DNA of 64,000 bases, from the NCBI GenBank assembly GCA_020631935.1, contig JACKGP010000003.1:13949-77948 (forward strand), read 5' to 3'. Under the pieces are notes generated by a model, which saw only the letters and a program-made list of their open reading frames with translations, did not search any database and was not told the origin of the DNA. Each line of letters opens with the position of its first letter. Position 1 is the first letter of the stretch. Both the position numbers and the translations under genes were made by a program. This document shows positions 44,564-55,693 of this stretch, in pieces. The stretch is from Candidatus Nomurabacteria bacterium (GTDB lineage Bacteria; Patescibacteriota; Saccharimonadia; Saccharimonadales; Saccharimonadaceae).

Positions 44564-44565
44564 GC

Positions 44566-44829
44566 CTATTTCTCCTTACCGCCGTGCTTACGGAACTTAC
44601 GGGTTGGGCTAAACTCTCCGAGTTTGTGTCCAACCATATTTTCTGAAACATAAACTGGTACGTGAACCTTACCGTTGTGTACAGCAAAGTTCTTACCGAC
44701 CATTTCTGGTGTAATTGTTGAGCTACGCGCCCAAGTCTTGATTACAGTTCGATCGTCTTTAGATAGCGCCGCTACTTTTTTAGCAAGCTTGGCGTCGACG
44801 AATGGACCCTTTTTGAGTGATCGACTCAT
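44566..44829 (-). CDS. rpsS: ribosomal protein uS19
   Basis: 87 aa. [12 protein letters not shown]...[10 protein letters not shown]. Confidence 0.95.
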   Translation of the reverse strand: MSRSLKKGPFVDAKLAKKVAALSKDDRTVIKTWARSSTITPEMVGKNFAVHNGKVHVPVYVSENMVGHKLGEFSPTRKFRKHGGKEK

Positions 44830-44832
44830 AGA

Positions 44833-45672
44833 TTACCTCTTCCTCTTCGCGTCGTGGCGCGTTCGTACGATTAATTTATTGCTTGATTTGCGTCGGCGAG
44901 TGCGGTAACCAAGAGTAAGCTGACCCCATGGAGTGCGAGGTGCCTTACCGGTACCATGCGAACCACCGTCACCACCACCATGAGGGTGATCTGCCGCGTT
45001 CATCACAACACCACGCACGCTCGGGCGGATACCCTTGCGGCGATTGCGTCCAGCTGAACCAATCTTAACGTTTTGGTGCTGTACGTTTCCAACTGTTCCG
45101 ATGGTAGCCTGACATTCGATTCTAAACTTTCGAACTTCGCCAGATGGTAGCCTTACGGTAGCGTAGTTACCTTCTTTAGCCATTAGCTGAGCTTTTGTAC
45201 CAGCGCCGCGAACCATTTGCGCGCCTTTACCAGCCTGAATTTCAATAGCGTAAATGCTTGAACCAACTGGAATTCGACTGAGTGGCATGCGGTTTGAAGT
45301 CTCAACTGGAGCATCTTCACCGGAGGCAATCTTCTTGCCTTTCTGCATCTGAGTGTCGGCTAGAACGTAGTGGTACATACCGTGCTGATCTTTTACGCGT
45401 GCGATACGTGCAGAGCGATTTGGATCATACTCGATTTCCTCAATAGTACCCTTTAAGCCAGCTGGCAGTTTGTGGTTTACCAAACGGTAGTGCCGCTTTA
45501 CTCCACCACCTCTGTGGCGAGTTGTAATGCGACCTTGGTTGTTGCGACCGCTCGAGCGCTTCTTGCTCTTTGTTAGACTCTTTACAGATGTGCGAGTTGT
45601 TATATCACTCAAATCTTGAGTCGTCATGCCGCGACGAGCAGGAGTAGTTGGGTTATAAGCTTTAATCGGCAT
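44833..45672 (-). CDS. rplB: ribosomal protein uL2
   Basis: 279 aa. ...VRGVVMNAADHPHGGGDG... Confidence 0.95.
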   Translation of the reverse strand: MPIKAYNPTTPARRGMTTQDLSDITTRTSVKSLTKSKKRSSGRNNQGRITTRHRGGGVKRHYRLVNHKLPAGLKGTIEEIEYDPNRSARIARVKDQHGMYHYVLADTQMQKGKKIASGEDAPVETSNRMPLSRIPVGSSIYAIEIQAGKGAQMVRGAGTKAQLMAKEGNYATVRLPSGEVRKFRIECQATIGTVGNVQHQNVKIGSAGRNRRKGIRPSVRGVVMNAADHPHGGGDGGSHGTGKAPRTPWGQLTLGYRTRRRKSSNKLIVRTRHDAKRKR

Positions 45673-45989
45673 TACTTCTTCTCCTCTTTCTGCTCAGTTT
45701 CTTCAAATAGCTTAATTGAGCCTTTGCTCAAGGTTACATAAGCCTTCTTTGTATCTTGGCGGTGTGTTGTGCCTGGGTAGCTTCGTTTCCCTCGGCTGTA
45801 TCGAACAGCCTTTCCGCTCTGGACAGCTACAGACACTTTACCAACACTTACGTCACCAAATTCAGCCTCTACGGCTTCAGCAATCTGCTGCTTGTTAGCG
45901 CTCATTGGAACGTTGAATACATATGTATTTTGGGCAGTTGCAAGGCGGTAAGCCTTCTCTGTTGCTCGTGGGGTGATAAGAATACTCAT
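45672..45989 (-). CDS. rplW: ribosomal protein uL23
   Basis: 105 aa at the conserved position between rplD and rplB. Confidence 0.9.
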   Translation of the reverse strand: MSILITPRATEKAYRLATAQNTYVFNVPMSANKQQIAEAVEAEFGDVSVGKVSVAVQSGKAVRYSRGKRSYPGTTHRQDTKKAYVTLSKGSIKLFEETEQKEEKK

Positions 45990-46597
45990 TATTTTTCACC
46001 TCCATTTAGCCACTGCTCAATTGTCTTGACTGCCCTTGGCTCAATAACAATATGATCAGCGTTTATTACGTGATAGACATTTAGATACGTGGCTCGAGAC
46101 AGGATAACATTCTGTAGGTTGCGAGTTGCACGAATTAGCTCTGGCGTTTTCTCATCTACGACCAATAGAGCCTTGCGGTTTAGCTTGTTGTCAGCTAGGA
46201 ACTTAGCGATTTCAGCGGTTTTACCCGTAGTCTTTATATCTGAAACTGTTATCTTCTTAGCCTTATTCGCAAGCGATAGCGCTTGTTTTACGGCAATGCG
46301 CTTAGTTGCTGTAGGCAGTTTCTTGGTATAGTTTTCGTTGCCACTTGGGCCGAATACAATACCACCACCGCGCCAGATTGGGTTACGGGTTGAGCCAAAA
46401 CGTGCTCGGCCAGTACCCTTTTGTCGCCACGGCTTTTTACCACCACCGCGAACTTCGCCGCGCTTTAGAGTGGTTGCGCTAGACTGACGAGCGTTTGCAA
46501 GGTAGGCATCATATGCGCGCTTGACGAGCTCGTGGTTAGCTACCTCGACACCAAACACACTTTTCGGTAGCGTAGTTTTCGTAGTAGTCTCAGCCAT
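45989..46597 (-). CDS. rplD: ribosomal protein uL4
   Basis: 202 aa. ...[25 protein letters not shown]... Confidence 0.95.
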   Translation of the reverse strand: MAETTTKTTLPKSVFGVEVANHELVKRAYDAYLANARQSSATTLKRGEVRGGGKKPWRQKGTGRARFGSTRNPIWRGGGIVFGPSGNENYTKKLPTATKRIAVKQALSLANKAKKITVSDIKTTGKTAEIAKFLADNKLNRKALLVVDEKTPELIRATRNLQNVILSRATYLNVYHVINADHIVIEPRAVKTIEQWLNGGEK

Positions 46598-47214
46598 TAC
46601 GCGTTACCTCCGTTTAGAACAATCAAACCTTTACGAGGGCCAGGAACAGCACCCTTTAGTCCGATTAGATTATTGGTTGGATCGATGTAGGCAACAGCTA
46701 GATTTTTTACTGTCACTTGATCATGACCCATGCGACCAGCCATGCGCTTGCCCTTAAAGACCTTCTGCGGATACATTGAACCGATTGAACCGGGACGACG
46801 AACGTTTCCGTTACCGCCGTGAGTCTTCTTAGATGTATTAAAGTTGTGGCGCTTTACCGTACCGGCAAAACCCTTACCCTTACTTGTGCCGGTGGCTTTT
46901 ACCAAGTCACCCAGCGCGAAGCTACTGACGTCAATCGCATCACCAACCTTCAAGTCAGCTGGCAATTCATCGACGCGAAATTCCCGAATATACTTCGGCG
47001 AAACTTTGGCTGATTTAACGTGACCAACCACGGCCTTGCTCAGGTTCTTACCCTCACCTAAAGCCACTTGCACAGCGTTGTAGCCGTCAGCTTCGACGGA
47101 CTTCACCTGAGTCACAGTGCATGGGCCAGCCTGAATCAACGTCACTGGTGTCGCAGTGCCGTCTTCGGCTAGGATTTGGGTCATACCAATTTTGGTACCG
47201 AGTAGTGCTTTCAT
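46597..47214 (-). CDS. rplC: ribosomal protein uL3
   Basis: Start set at MKALLGTKIGMTQI; the ORF track extends it to 47250. Confidence 0.9.
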   Translation of the reverse strand: MKALLGTKIGMTQILAEDGTATPVTLIQAGPCTVTQVKSVEADGYNAVQVALGEGKNLSKAVVGHVKSAKVSPKYIREFRVDELPADLKVGDAIDVSSFALGDLVKATGTSKGKGFAGTVKRHNFNTSKKTHGGNGNVRRPGSIGSMYPQKVFKGKRMAGRMGHDQVTVKNLAVAYIDPTNNLIGLKGAVPGPRKGLIVLNGGNA

Positions 47215-47315
47215 GCCTACATTCTCCCATTTAAAACCCTCGGTGGCCACTAGTTTCCGTAGACTTTGCGATTCACCAAGGACAAGTTGTTATTACGTAA
47301 TAAAGTTACCGTCTA

Positions 47316-47344
47316 AGATTATCAAATTTGTAAACAGATGTCAA
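47316..47344 (-). promoter_or_regulatory. candidate sigma70-type promoter for the rplC operon
   Basis: On the minus strand: TTGACA, a 17-nt spacer, then TAATCT, about 100 nt upstream of rplC and downstream of a small hairpin. Confidence 0.45.
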
Positions 47345-47367
47345 CAATCTGTTAAGCTGTGTCCTGA

Positions 47368-47718
47368 CTAAACAACAATTCCTGCTGGCACAAAATAGCT
47401 AACAACACCGATTATAAGCAGTACTGCGTACCAGATTTTGCGATCAGATTGGTACTTCTCGAAAGATTTAACCAACACCAGCCCAACAAGTAGCCCCAAA
47501 GGCAGTGCATTGATCATAACCCCGTTCCAAACAACAGGAGTGCTAAACTTTAGCCACAGGGTGCCCAGGATGACGCAAATAACTAACTTTAAAAAGTAGG
47601 CACTATCACTTTCCAGCGAACGCTTGCGCCATCGATTTTTCGGCGTCCTATTACGCGCATACGTTCTAGGTCGTGCTTTTCGGTTAGTAAAGCTGTTGTT
47701 AAACTGTTTATTTTGCAT
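47368..47718 (-). CDS. small membrane protein with Arg/Lys-rich N-terminus, hypothetical
   Basis: 116 aa with a basic N-terminal 35 aa followed by about 3 TM helices. Confidence 0.5.
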   Translation of the reverse strand: MQNKQFNNSFTNRKARPRTYARNRTPKNRWRKRSLESDSAYFLKLVICVILGTLWLKFSTPVVWNGVMINALPLGLLVGLVLVKSFEKYQSDRKIWYAVLLIIGVVSYFVPAGIVV

Positions 47719-47801
47719 ATACGATTAAGTTAATTATACGAAACTCACCGAAAAACACAAGCACTATACACTTTTTAGAGATTACATAGTATACTTCTGT
47801 T

Positions 47802-48161
47802 ATGGCTACAAAGAAATCAACTACAAAGAAAACTACAAAGTCGGCTAAGCCAAGTACAAAACGTACTTCGGCAGCACGTGCCAGCCGCGCAAAATCAACT
47901 ACCCGCACCCGCACTAAAACTACGGTACGGAAACCGGCAAAGATGCAATCATTCCGCGTTGCAAAGCAGCAAGAGCCGTTTATGAGTACCAAGCCAACCG
48001 TTCAGACCCTTTACTGGCTTGTTATTGGTGTAGTCGTAGTGGCATTTAGCTTGTGGATTCTAAAGCTTCAAGATGACATCTCTAAAATCTACGACAGTAT
48101 CGACAGGGCTAATATAGAGAATTCTATTGTAGAGCCAATTGATGGCATTCACGAGTATTAA
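47802..48161 (+). CDS. single-pass membrane protein with Lys/Thr/Ser/Arg-rich N-terminus, hypothetical
   Basis: 119 aa. The ATG lies 6 nt after TATACT. One TM helix (LYWLVIGVVVVAFSLWIL). Confidence 0.55.
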   Translation: MATKKSTTKKTTKSAKPSTKRTSAARASRAKSTTRTRTKTTVRKPAKMQSFRVAKQQEPFMSTKPTVQTLYWLVIGVVVVAFSLWILKLQDDISKIYDSIDRANIENSIVEPIDGIHEY

Positions 48162-48184
48162 ATATTTAGCTAACTAATAACATT

Positions 48185-48212
48185 AAAATACCGCTCGATT
48201 GGGCGGTATTTT
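48185..48212 (-). terminator. bidirectional intrinsic terminator after rpsJ
   Basis: AAAATACCGC, loop, GCGGTATTTT, lying between the rpsJ stop and the stop of the plus-strand 119-aa gene. Confidence 0.75.
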
Positions 48213-48237
48213 AATAGCATTTACCTAACTCAAATAA

Positions 48238-48555
48238 CTACATTCGTATTTCGGCGTCTACGCCAGCCGGTAGGCTAAGGTTTTGCAGATTGTCGATAGT
48301 CTTTGGGGTAGCATTTGTTATGTCTATAAGACGCTTATGCACACGCATTTCGAATGACTCACCACCAGTTTTGTAAACGTGCGGGCTTTTTATGACAGTA
48401 TAGGTACTTTTTCTAGTAGGTAGAGGAATCGGACCGGCTACCTGCGCACCAGTACGAACTGCTGTATCTATAATTTGCTTTGCTGACTGATCAATTACTT
48501 TGTGATCATACGCTTTTAGGCGTATTCGAATTTTTAGGCCTTCATCTTTAGCCAT
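48238..48555 (-). CDS. rpsJ: ribosomal protein uS10
   Basis: 105 aa. [24 protein letters not shown]... Confidence 0.95.
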   Translation of the reverse strand: MAKDEGLKIRIRLKAYDHKVIDQSAKQIIDTAVRTGAQVAGPIPLPTRKSTYTVIKSPHVYKTGGESFEMRVHKRLIDITNATPKTIDNLQNLSLPAGVDAEIRM

Positions 48556-48792
48556 ATATACTCCTTTGTTTGCCCTGTAACCTCTAGCTCGAATCGGAAT
48601 TTAGTCATCGTCTGGCCGAGTTCTCAAAGCGATTAATACTACTGAAAGTAATACTACTACATTACGACACATTGTGCAAACGGTAGCGAAAACATGTCAG
48701 CATAGTGCCTAGGCCTTGTATTTTATATCAATGGGAGTATAACTATAATCACAGACGTAATAATTGCGTATAAAAACAAAAGGAGATTCGAT

Positions 48793-49080
48793 ATGCAATC
48801 TGCAGAAAAAAACCCCTTATCAGACTTTCAGCCTGACAGAACTATGAACGATGCAATCGCAGAGTCGGCGGTTAATCATCTCACAAACACTGATGTAGAT
48901 GAGTACCGGCCAGACTTTTCAACCGAAGATCGAATGCGTCATATTCAGGCAGAGCTCGCTGCACGCGGCATCAATACTATAATGAAAATCTACTATAGAC
49001 GTGGCGATGAAACACCTACTATACCTGCACTAAAGAAAGTGGATGGAAACGTTACCGATATCTACCTATCAGGCCGCTAA
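48793..49080 (+). CDS. hypothetical protein
   Basis: 95 aa with a strong AAAGGAG SD. Its 3' end overlaps ldh convergently by 29 nt. Confidence 0.5.
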   Translation: MQSAEKNPLSDFQPDRTMNDAIAESAVNHLTNTDVDEYRPDFSTEDRMRHIQAELAARGINTIMKIYYRRGDETPTIPALKKVDGNVTDIYLSGR

Positions 49081-49978
49081 TTACATCTGCTGAGTTTTTC
49101 AGTTTTACACTTTCGGGGTCCGATAGCGGGTAGCCGTCGAGAACCGAAACACCCTGATTACTTACCAGCGAGGGCATACTTAATACTACGTCACTTAGGC
49201 CATACTCGCCATCCATCAATGAGCAGACTGGAAGCACGCTTTTTGAGTCATGAGTCAGCGCGTCAACTATTTTTGCCAGCACTTGTCCGATAGCAAAGTG
49301 CGTAGACCCCTTGCTCTCTACAATGTCGTATGCTCGTTTTTGAATTCTTGAATCTATATCTTTTATGTCTTCTAAGTTGAAATTAGGGTACTGGCTTAGA
49401 GGAATCTCACCGATAGATGCGCTTTCGATTGTAGAAAATGAAGAATCTCCATGCTCGCCCATAACGTAAGCTTCGACCTCCCCGCTGTCAACATCGGACA
49501 TATCTGCAATCGCCGACCTTAGTCTAGATGTATCAAGAGTAGTTCCTGTGCCGAATACGCGACTCCTGGGAAGGCCTGACTGCTTAAGGACTAAATAGGT
49601 CAGTACATCCACTGGATTTGTTACGACAATAATGAATGGCTGCTTGCCTGTAGCAATAATCTTATCTGTGACTTCTTTTGCGATACTAGCATTAGTATCT
49701 ACTAGATCGTGTCTGGTTTGGCCAGGTTTTTGCGAAACACCGCTAGCGATAATAGCGATGTCGTTATCGCTCATATCACTGTAGTCGCCTACCTTAACCC
49801 GGACTGCACTATCAAGCCCAAGCGCATCATTAATATCGGCCGATTGCCCCCAAGCTAGCTTTTCATTCACATCTATTAGTACTATGTCGTCAACTAAACC
49901 TGCGATAGCAATAGCATAGGCAGCGGTAGCTCCTACCATTCCGCCTCCGCCAATTATGAATACTTTTTGTCTTTGCAT
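49052..49978 (-). CDS. ldh: L-lactate dehydrogenase (LDH/MDH family)
   Basis: 308 aa with IIGGGGMVGATAAYA Rossmann motif and the GEHGDS motif. Confidence 0.8.
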   Translation of the reverse strand: MQRQKVFIIGGGGMVGATAAYAIAIAGLVDDIVLIDVNEKLAWGQSADINDALGLDSAVRVKVGDYSDMSDNDIAIIASGVSQKPGQTRHDLVDTNASIAKEVTDKIIATGKQPFIIVVTNPVDVLTYLVLKQSGLPRSRVFGTGTTLDTSRLRSAIADMSDVDSGEVEAYVMGEHGDSSFSTIESASIGEIPLSQYPNFNLEDIKDIDSRIQKRAYDIVESKGSTHFAIGQVLAKIVDALTHDSKSVLPVCSLMDGEYGLSDVVLSMPSLVSNQGVSVLDGYPLSDPESVKLKNSADVISGLIGRYR

Positions 49979-50028
49979 AACTTACTAACTAGTTTAACAT
50001 GTGAATAAAATCAAAACAAAAAATCCTC

Positions 50029-50061
50029 GTCTTGGTGTGACGAGGATTTTTATGGTTTCTT
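50029..50061 (-). terminator. intrinsic terminator after tuf
   Basis: A 13-bp stem AAAAATCCTCGTC / GACGAGGATTTTT with a T-run on the minus strand. Confidence 0.8.
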
Positions 50062-50068
50062 AGTGTAA

Positions 50069-51253
50069 CTATTTAGTAATTTTAGTTACAACACCAGCAC
50101 CAACAGTACGGCCACCTTCACGGATAGCGAAGTTTAGACCCTGCTCCATAGCAATTGGCGCAAGAAGCTTTACATTAAAGGTAACAGTGTCTCCTGGCAT
50201 AACCATTTCTTTGCCAGCTGGAAGTTCAACTTCACCAGTAACGTCAGTTGTACGGAAGTAGAACTGTGGCTTGTATCCCTTTGCGAATGGAGTGTGTCGA
50301 CCACCCTCTTCTTTCTTTAGGATGTAAACCTCTGCCTCAAATTCTGTATGTGGAGTGATTGAGCCTGGCTTTGCGATAACCTGTCCACGCTCGATTTGCT
50401 CACGCTCGATACCACGAAGAAGTAGACCTGCGTTGTCACCCGCCTGACCTTGGTCAAGGTTCTTTTTGAAAGCTTCGATACCAGTAACAACAGTCTTCTG
50501 GCTTTCCTTAAGGCCTACGATCTCTACTTCGTCGTTAAGCTTTACGATACCCTGCTCGATACGACCAGTTGCAACGGTACCACGACCCTTGATTGAGAAT
50601 ACGTCCTCGATAGGCATTAGGAAGTCTTTGTCCATGTCGCGCTTTGGCTCTGGAATGTAGTCGTCCATAGCAGCAACTAGCTCCATGATAGCGTCTTCAT
50701 ATTTAGCATCACCTTCTAGTGCCTTAAGCGCAGAGCCCTTGATAACAGGTGCGTTGTCGCCATCAAAGTCGTTCTTTGAAAGAAGTTCACGTACGTCCAT
50801 CTCAACTAGCTCAACTAGCTCTTCGTCGGCCATGTCCATCTTGTTTAGGAACACAACAATCTTTGGAACACCAACCTGCTTTGCAAGTAGTACGTGCTCA
50901 CGAGTCTGAGGCATTGGGCCATCAGCTGCTGAAACTACTAGAACAGCACCGTCAACCTGAGCGGCACCAGTAATCATGTTCTTTACGTAGTCGGCGTGTC
51001 CTGGCATGTCCACGTGAGCGTAGTGACGCTTCTCTGACTCGTACTCTTGGTGAGATGAGGCGATGGTAATACCGCGTGCCTTTTCTTCTGGTGCGTTGTC
51101 AATTTCATCGTAGTTACGAGGTTTGTTGACGTCGCTTGGCAGTTTCTTTGCCAAAACGTGTGTAATAGCTGCCGTTAGTGTTGTTTTACCGTGGTCAACG
51201 TGACCCATGGTACCAACGTTGACGTGTGGCTTGCTTCGATCGAAATCTGCCAT
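50069..51253 (-). CDS. tuf: elongation factor Tu
   Basis: Start set at [25 protein letters not shown] (GGAGGAG SD); the ORF track extends it to 51298. Confidence 0.97.
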   Translation of the reverse strand: MADFDRSKPHVNVGTMGHVDHGKTTLTAAITHVLAKKLPSDVNKPRNYDEIDNAPEEKARGITIASSHQEYESEKRHYAHVDMPGHADYVKNMITGAAQVDGAVLVVSAADGPMPQTREHVLLAKQVGVPKIVVFLNKMDMADEELVELVEMDVRELLSKNDFDGDNAPVIKGSALKALEGDAKYEDAIMELVAAMDDYIPEPKRDMDKDFLMPIEDVFSIKGRGTVATGRIEQGIVKLNDEVEIVGLKESQKTVVTGIEAFKKNLDQGQAGDNAGLLLRGIEREQIERGQVIAKPGSITPHTEFEAEVYILKKEEGGRHTPFAKGYKPQFYFRTTDVTGEVELPAGKEMVMPGDTVTFNVKLLAPIAMEQGLNFAIREGGRTVGAGVVTKITK

Positions 51254-51407
51254 TGTGAGAAATTCTCCTCCATTAATAATTATATTTTCCGGGCGCAATC
51301 TGAAAACAGACTCCGCAACGTATACGGACTATTATACACATCTGCACTCTGCTCTACAAGTGGTAGATTACAATAAAATATAAAGATGGATTATAATATA
51401 TTGCATT

Positions 51408-52223
51408 ATGGCATTTTGGGATAAACTTGGCACAAGCGGAAATGTAGAGGATAGACGAGGCGCTGGGCCTCTGACCGGCGGTATCGGCATATGGGCTACG
51501 CTAGGTGTGATGGTATTGGGACTTTTGGGTATAAATGCCGACCCTAGACTAGTGGAGACACTGTTGGCCTTGGCAGGTGTTGGTACCAATCAAGTATCTA
51601 CTGCTCCAGGCGACGGGAAAAAGGATGGCTATGCGGAGTTTGCTAGCTCGATAATTGGCTCGACCGATCAATTCTGGACTAGTCAACTATCAGGCGAGGG
51701 TGCTACATATAAAAAGCCGAGGATGGTACTATTTCGAGGTGCAACACAGTCGGGATGCGGCATAGCTAATTCTGAGACTGGCCCGCACTACTGTCCAGTA
51801 GACCAAACTATATATCTAGACGAGACTTTCTTTGAGGTACTAGAGCGGCAGTTGGGCGGCAGCAAGGGCGATGTCGCCCAAAGCTACGTAATGGCGCACG
51901 AGGTCGGTCACCACGTACAGAATCAACTCGGAGCCTTAACCAGTAGCCGCAGCAATAGCGACTCGGTAAAAACCGAACTACAGGCAGACTGCTATGCGGG
52001 ACTTTGGGCTAGATCAGTGAGAGATAAGGGTATCTTTGAAAACGAAAACGAAATTAACGAAGCATTATCAGCAGCTAGCGCCGTGGGAGATGACCGGATT
52101 CAAGAAAAAACTAGCGGAAAAGTTAATCCAGAAACATGGACACATGGTAGTGCCAAAGACCGCAAAGACAGCTTCCTAAAGGGATACGAGTCAACGAGTT
52201 TCAAAACCTGCCTAGAGGTATAA
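51408..52223 (+). CDS. ypfJ: YpfJ-family neutral zinc metallopeptidase
   Basis: N-terminal SGNVEDRRG plus a TM helix, and a HEVGHHVQ zinc site. Confidence 0.8.
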   Translation: MAFWDKLGTSGNVEDRRGAGPLTGGIGIWATLGVMVLGLLGINADPRLVETLLALAGVGTNQVSTAPGDGKKDGYAEFASSIIGSTDQFWTSQLSGEGATYKKPRMVLFRGATQSGCGIANSETGPHYCPVDQTIYLDETFFEVLERQLGGSKGDVAQSYVMAHEVGHHVQNQLGALTSSRSNSDSVKTELQADCYAGLWARSVRDKGIFENENEINEALSAASAVGDDRIQEKTSGKVNPETWTHGSAKDRKDSFLKGYESTSFKTCLEV

Positions 52224-53393
52224 CTAAAACTTCAAATCGTCTGGCAATCGTAACTCTGGCTTAGTTCTAGCATGCCATGAGCCAATAGCCCAGCTCAGAG
52301 GCAATACATCGCGGTGACCAATAAACCCTGCGGCCGTATGGAGCCAGGCTGCTGCTCGACCCGAAAACCTCAATAAACCCCACTCAAATAGTGCCCACTT
52401 TCTACCGATAGGTATTACGCATGGCGGCAGCTTTGGCCTATATTTTGCTTTCGAGCCCATAATACGACGAGCAACAAAGTAGCCATCGTGAAGTGCCGTT
52501 TGCGCTAGCCCGCTATATGGAGTCGAGGCGTTATCTCCAATTACATATATGTCTTTTCTGGCTTGCATATAATCATCGACGACAACTCTGCCGCGCTTAT
52601 CAAACTCAAACCACTTTTGATTCTTTTGATAGAATTCCACTGGAGCAACTCCTGATGTCCAGATTACAGTTTCGGTAGCAAGCTCTTTTCCTGCTACTAT
52701 AATAGTGTTCTCGGTTAATCGCTCGACAGCCTTGCCAGTAGTTACCCTTACGCCCAGCTTTTTAAGTCTTTTAGTGGCCGCCTTGCTAGAGGACTTGTGT
52801 AATCTGGGCAGCAGCCTGTCAGAAGATTCAATAATTCCTATTCGCAGGCTTTTCTTCCTGATACCAAAGTATTCACGAAGCTTTAGAATATACTCGCCCA
52901 GTGCACCGGCTAGCTCGACTCCAGTTGGCCCGCCACCAACAACTATATAGTTCTTTTCATCATCGCTACCGTCACTCATGTCCTCGAATAAATGCGCCTG
53001 CAGACGACGAATCTCTTGCTGCGACTTTATACCAAATGAGTAGTCTGCCATGCCATCGATATTGAAGTAGGTTGTTGTATTTCCAAGCGCTAACACCAAA
53101 GTATAATACCTGTAAACCGACTTAGATTTACCGACTAGCTGACGTTTCGTAGGGTCTACCTTGGTTATTTTATCAATTACAACTTTGACATTCTTGGTGT
53201 CTGCAAATATCTTTTCTAGTGGCGCCCAAGACTCTCGGTAACTATACCCAGTTGCTGTTGAGTAAAGGGATGGGTAGTATATAAAATTTGGTTGATCAGA
53301 GATTAGGGTAATTTGATTCTTCGAGTCTATAGAAAGCTCCTGTGCGGCCTTAATGCCGCCAAAACCACCTCCAACAATTGTTATTTTTGCCAT
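52224..53393 (-). CDS. ndh: type II NADH dehydrogenase / FAD-dependent pyridine nucleotide-disulfide oxidoreductase
   Basis: 389 aa. ITIVGGGFGGIKAA and a second VVGGGPTGVELAG dinucleotide-binding motif. Confidence 0.75.
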   Translation of the reverse strand: MAKITIVGGGFGGIKAAQELSIDSKNQITLISDQPNFIYYPSLYSTATGYSYRESWAPLEKIFADTKNVKVVIDKITKVDPTKRQLVGKSKSVYRYYTLVLALGNTTTYFNIDGMADYSFGIKSQQEIRRLQAHLFEDMSDGSDDEKNYIVVGGGPTGVELAGALGEYILKLREYFGIRKKSLRIGIIESSDRLLPRLHKSSSKAATKRLKKLGVRVTTGKAVERLTENTIIVAGKELATETVIWTSGVAPVEFYQKNQKWFEFDKRGRVVVDDYMQARKDIYVIGDNASTPYSGLAQTALHDGYFVARRIMGSKAKYRPKLPPCVIPIGRKWALFEWGLLRFSGRAAAWLHTAAGFIGHRDVLPLSWAIGSWHARTKPELRLPDDLKF

Positions 53394-53440
53394 TTTTATT
53401 CCTTGTATAAATTGTCTTTATCATTGTAGCAAAAACCACC

Positions 53441-53470
53441 CGATCGACAAATCGAGTGGTTTCTTGAATC
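53441..53470 (-). terminator. intrinsic terminator after fusA
   Basis: Stem AAACCACCCGAT / ATCGAGTGGTTT (one mismatch) followed by TTTTGC on the minus strand. Confidence 0.6.
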
Positions 53471-53478
53471 ATCTACGC

Positions 53479-55572
53479 CTATTTGCTGCGCTTTTCGATG
53501 ATCTCTTGTGCTACGTTTGGAGGTACTTCCTCGTACTGAGAGAGTTCCATAGTAGATGCAGCACGTCCTTGGCTCATTGAACGAATGTCGTTTGTGTAGC
53601 CAAACATGCTTGCCAAAGGTACAAATGCTTTGATCAACTTAGCACCACCAGCCAAGTCCTCCATGGCGTCAATTCGACCACGTCGACTATTTAGGTCGCC
53701 GATTACGTCACCCATAAACTCTTCTGGAGTGGTGACTTCAACCTTCATAACTGGCTCTAGAAGTATTGGAGCACCCTGTTTGATACCTTCGCGTGCAGCC
53801 AGGCTACCAGCCAATGAGAAAGCTAACTCGGATGAGTCAACGTCGTGGTAGCTACCATCGTATAGAGTAGCCTTCACGTCAACCACTGGATATCCAGCTA
53901 TAACACCGCCATCGAGGGTTTCACGAATGCCCTTCTCAACAGCAGGGCGGTACTCCTGAGGCACGACACCACCCTTAATTTCATCAACGAACTCAAAGCC
54001 CTTACCTGGCTCGTTTGGTGCAAATCGTACCCAAACATCACCGTACTGACCACGTCCACCAGACTGCTTAGCGTGCTTTCCTTGAACTTCTGAAGTTCCC
54101 TTAATTGTTTCACGGAAAGCAACCTGAGGCTCGCCGACATTTGCCTCTACCTTAAACTCGCGTTTCATTCGATCAATTAGAATGTCTAAGTGAAGCTCAC
54201 CCATACCAGACATAATCGTTTGTCCAGTATCTTCGTCGGTGTGGATACGGAAGGTTGGGTCTTCCTCGGATAGTCGCTGCAAGGCAATACCCATTTTTTC
54301 CTGGTCAGCCTTTGACTTTGGCTCAACGGCAATAGAAACTGGCGGATCTGGGAAGGTGATGCTCTCTAGAGCAATTGGGTGCGCGACTTCACAAAGTGTA
54401 TTACCTGTAGTAGTACCCTTTAGTCCTACTACGGCCGCAATGTCACCAGCACCAATCTCATCAATGTCTTCACGCTTATCGGCATGCATACGCACAATAC
54501 GTCCGATTCGCTCCTTATCTCCAGTAGTTGTGTTTAGAATGTAGCTACCAGCCTTCAAAACACCAGAGTAAACTCGTACGAAAATTAGCTTTCCAACAAA
54601 TGGGTCGGTTGCAATCTTGAACGCTAGACCAGCCATTGGCTCGGCAGCATCTGGCTTGCGACTGATGTCGTCGCCAGTCTTGGGGTTAACTCCCCAGATT
54701 GCGTCAACATCTAGCGGACTTGGTAGGTAGTCTGTCACTAGGTCAAGAATCTTCTCAACAATCACACCGCGGCCATCTCCACCAGTTACCAAGTAGAAAT
54801 CACCGGCTAGCACACGCTTACGAAGAGCCGACTTTAACTCGTCGATTGTAATTGACTCTTCGCCCTCTTCAAGGAATCTCATCATCAATTCATCATCCGC
54901 CTCGACTGCATTCTCAACCAGTAGGCTACGAGCATTTTTACACTTCTCGAGCATGTCTTCAGGAATCTCACCCTGGACAAGCTCGTGATCGTGGAAGTCC
55001 TCGTAGGTGTACGCCTTCATATCGATTAGGTCAACTACACCATTGATAGTCTTTTCAAAGCCAATCGGTATATGTATCGGGAAGGCCTGATTAGACAGAC
55101 GGTTACGGATTGACTCAAGAGATTTCCAGAAATCACCACCAGTTTGGTTAATTTTGTTTACAAAGCAAATACGAGGTACGCCATACTTGTTTGCTTGTCG
55201 CCAAACTGTTTCAGTTTGAGCCTCAACACCCATCTTACCGTCGAACACGGTTACGGCACCGTCTAGAACACGCAAAGATCGCTCCACCTCGGCAGTAAAA
55301 TCGATGTGACCCGGAGTATCGATAATGTTGATTTTGTGATCTTTCCAGAAGCAAGTTACAGCCGCAGAGGTAATAGTAATACCACGCTCTTTTTCCTGCT
55401 CCATCCAGTCTGTAGTAGCTCCGCCGTCGTCACCCTTTACGGTTCCAATTTTGTGAGTTAGACCAGTGCGGTACAAAATACCTTCGGTAGTAGTTGTTTT
55501 ACCAGCATCAATGTGGGCAATGATACCGATGTTGCGGTAGTCCTTTAGTGGGACATTTCCAGAGTTAGCCAT
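53479..55572 (-). CDS. fusA: elongation factor G
   Basis: Start set at [27 protein letters not shown] (GAGGTGA SD); the ORF track extends it to 55584. Confidence 0.97.
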   Translation of the reverse strand: MANSGNVPLKDYRNIGIIAHIDAGKTTTTEGILYRTGLTHKIGTVKGDDGGATTDWMEQEKERGITITSAAVTCFWKDHKINIIDTPGHIDFTAEVERSLRVLDGAVTVFDGKMGVEAQTETVWRQANKYGVPRICFVNKINQTGGDFWKSLESIRNRLSNQAFPIHIPIGFEKTINGVVDLIDMKAYTYEDFHDHELVQGEIPEDMLEKCKNARSLLVENAVEADDELMMRFLEEGEESITIDELKSALRKRVLAGDFYLVTGGDGRGVIVEKILDLVTDYLPSPLDVDAIWGVNPKTGDDISRKPDAAEPMAGLAFKIATDPFVGKLIFVRVYSGVLKAGSYILNTTTGDKERIGRIVRMHADKREDIDEIGAGDIAAVVGLKGTTTGNTLCEVAHPIALESITFPDPPVSIAVEPKSKADQEKMGIALQRLSEEDPTFRIHTDEDTGQTIMSGMGELHLDILIDRMKREFKVEANVGEPQVAFRETIKGTSEVQGKHAKQSGGRGQYGDVWVRFAPNEPGKGFEFVDEIKGGVVPQEYRPAVEKGIRETLDGGVIAGYPVVDVKATLYDGSYHDVDSSELAFSLAGSLAAREGIKQGAPILLEPVMKVEVTTPEEFMGDVIGDLNSRRGRIDAMEDLAGGAKLIKAFVPLASMFGYTNDIRSMSQGRAASTMELSQYEEVPPNVAQEIIEKRSK

Positions 55573-55693
55573 TGGGTGTTTCACCTCTCGTTATTATTTA
55601 CTTGCTCGCGTTTTTTTTGACAATAGAAAAATCGCTTTGATAATAGTATAGCAAAATGATGCTAGATATAAAAGTATGATATACTCTGTTTAA

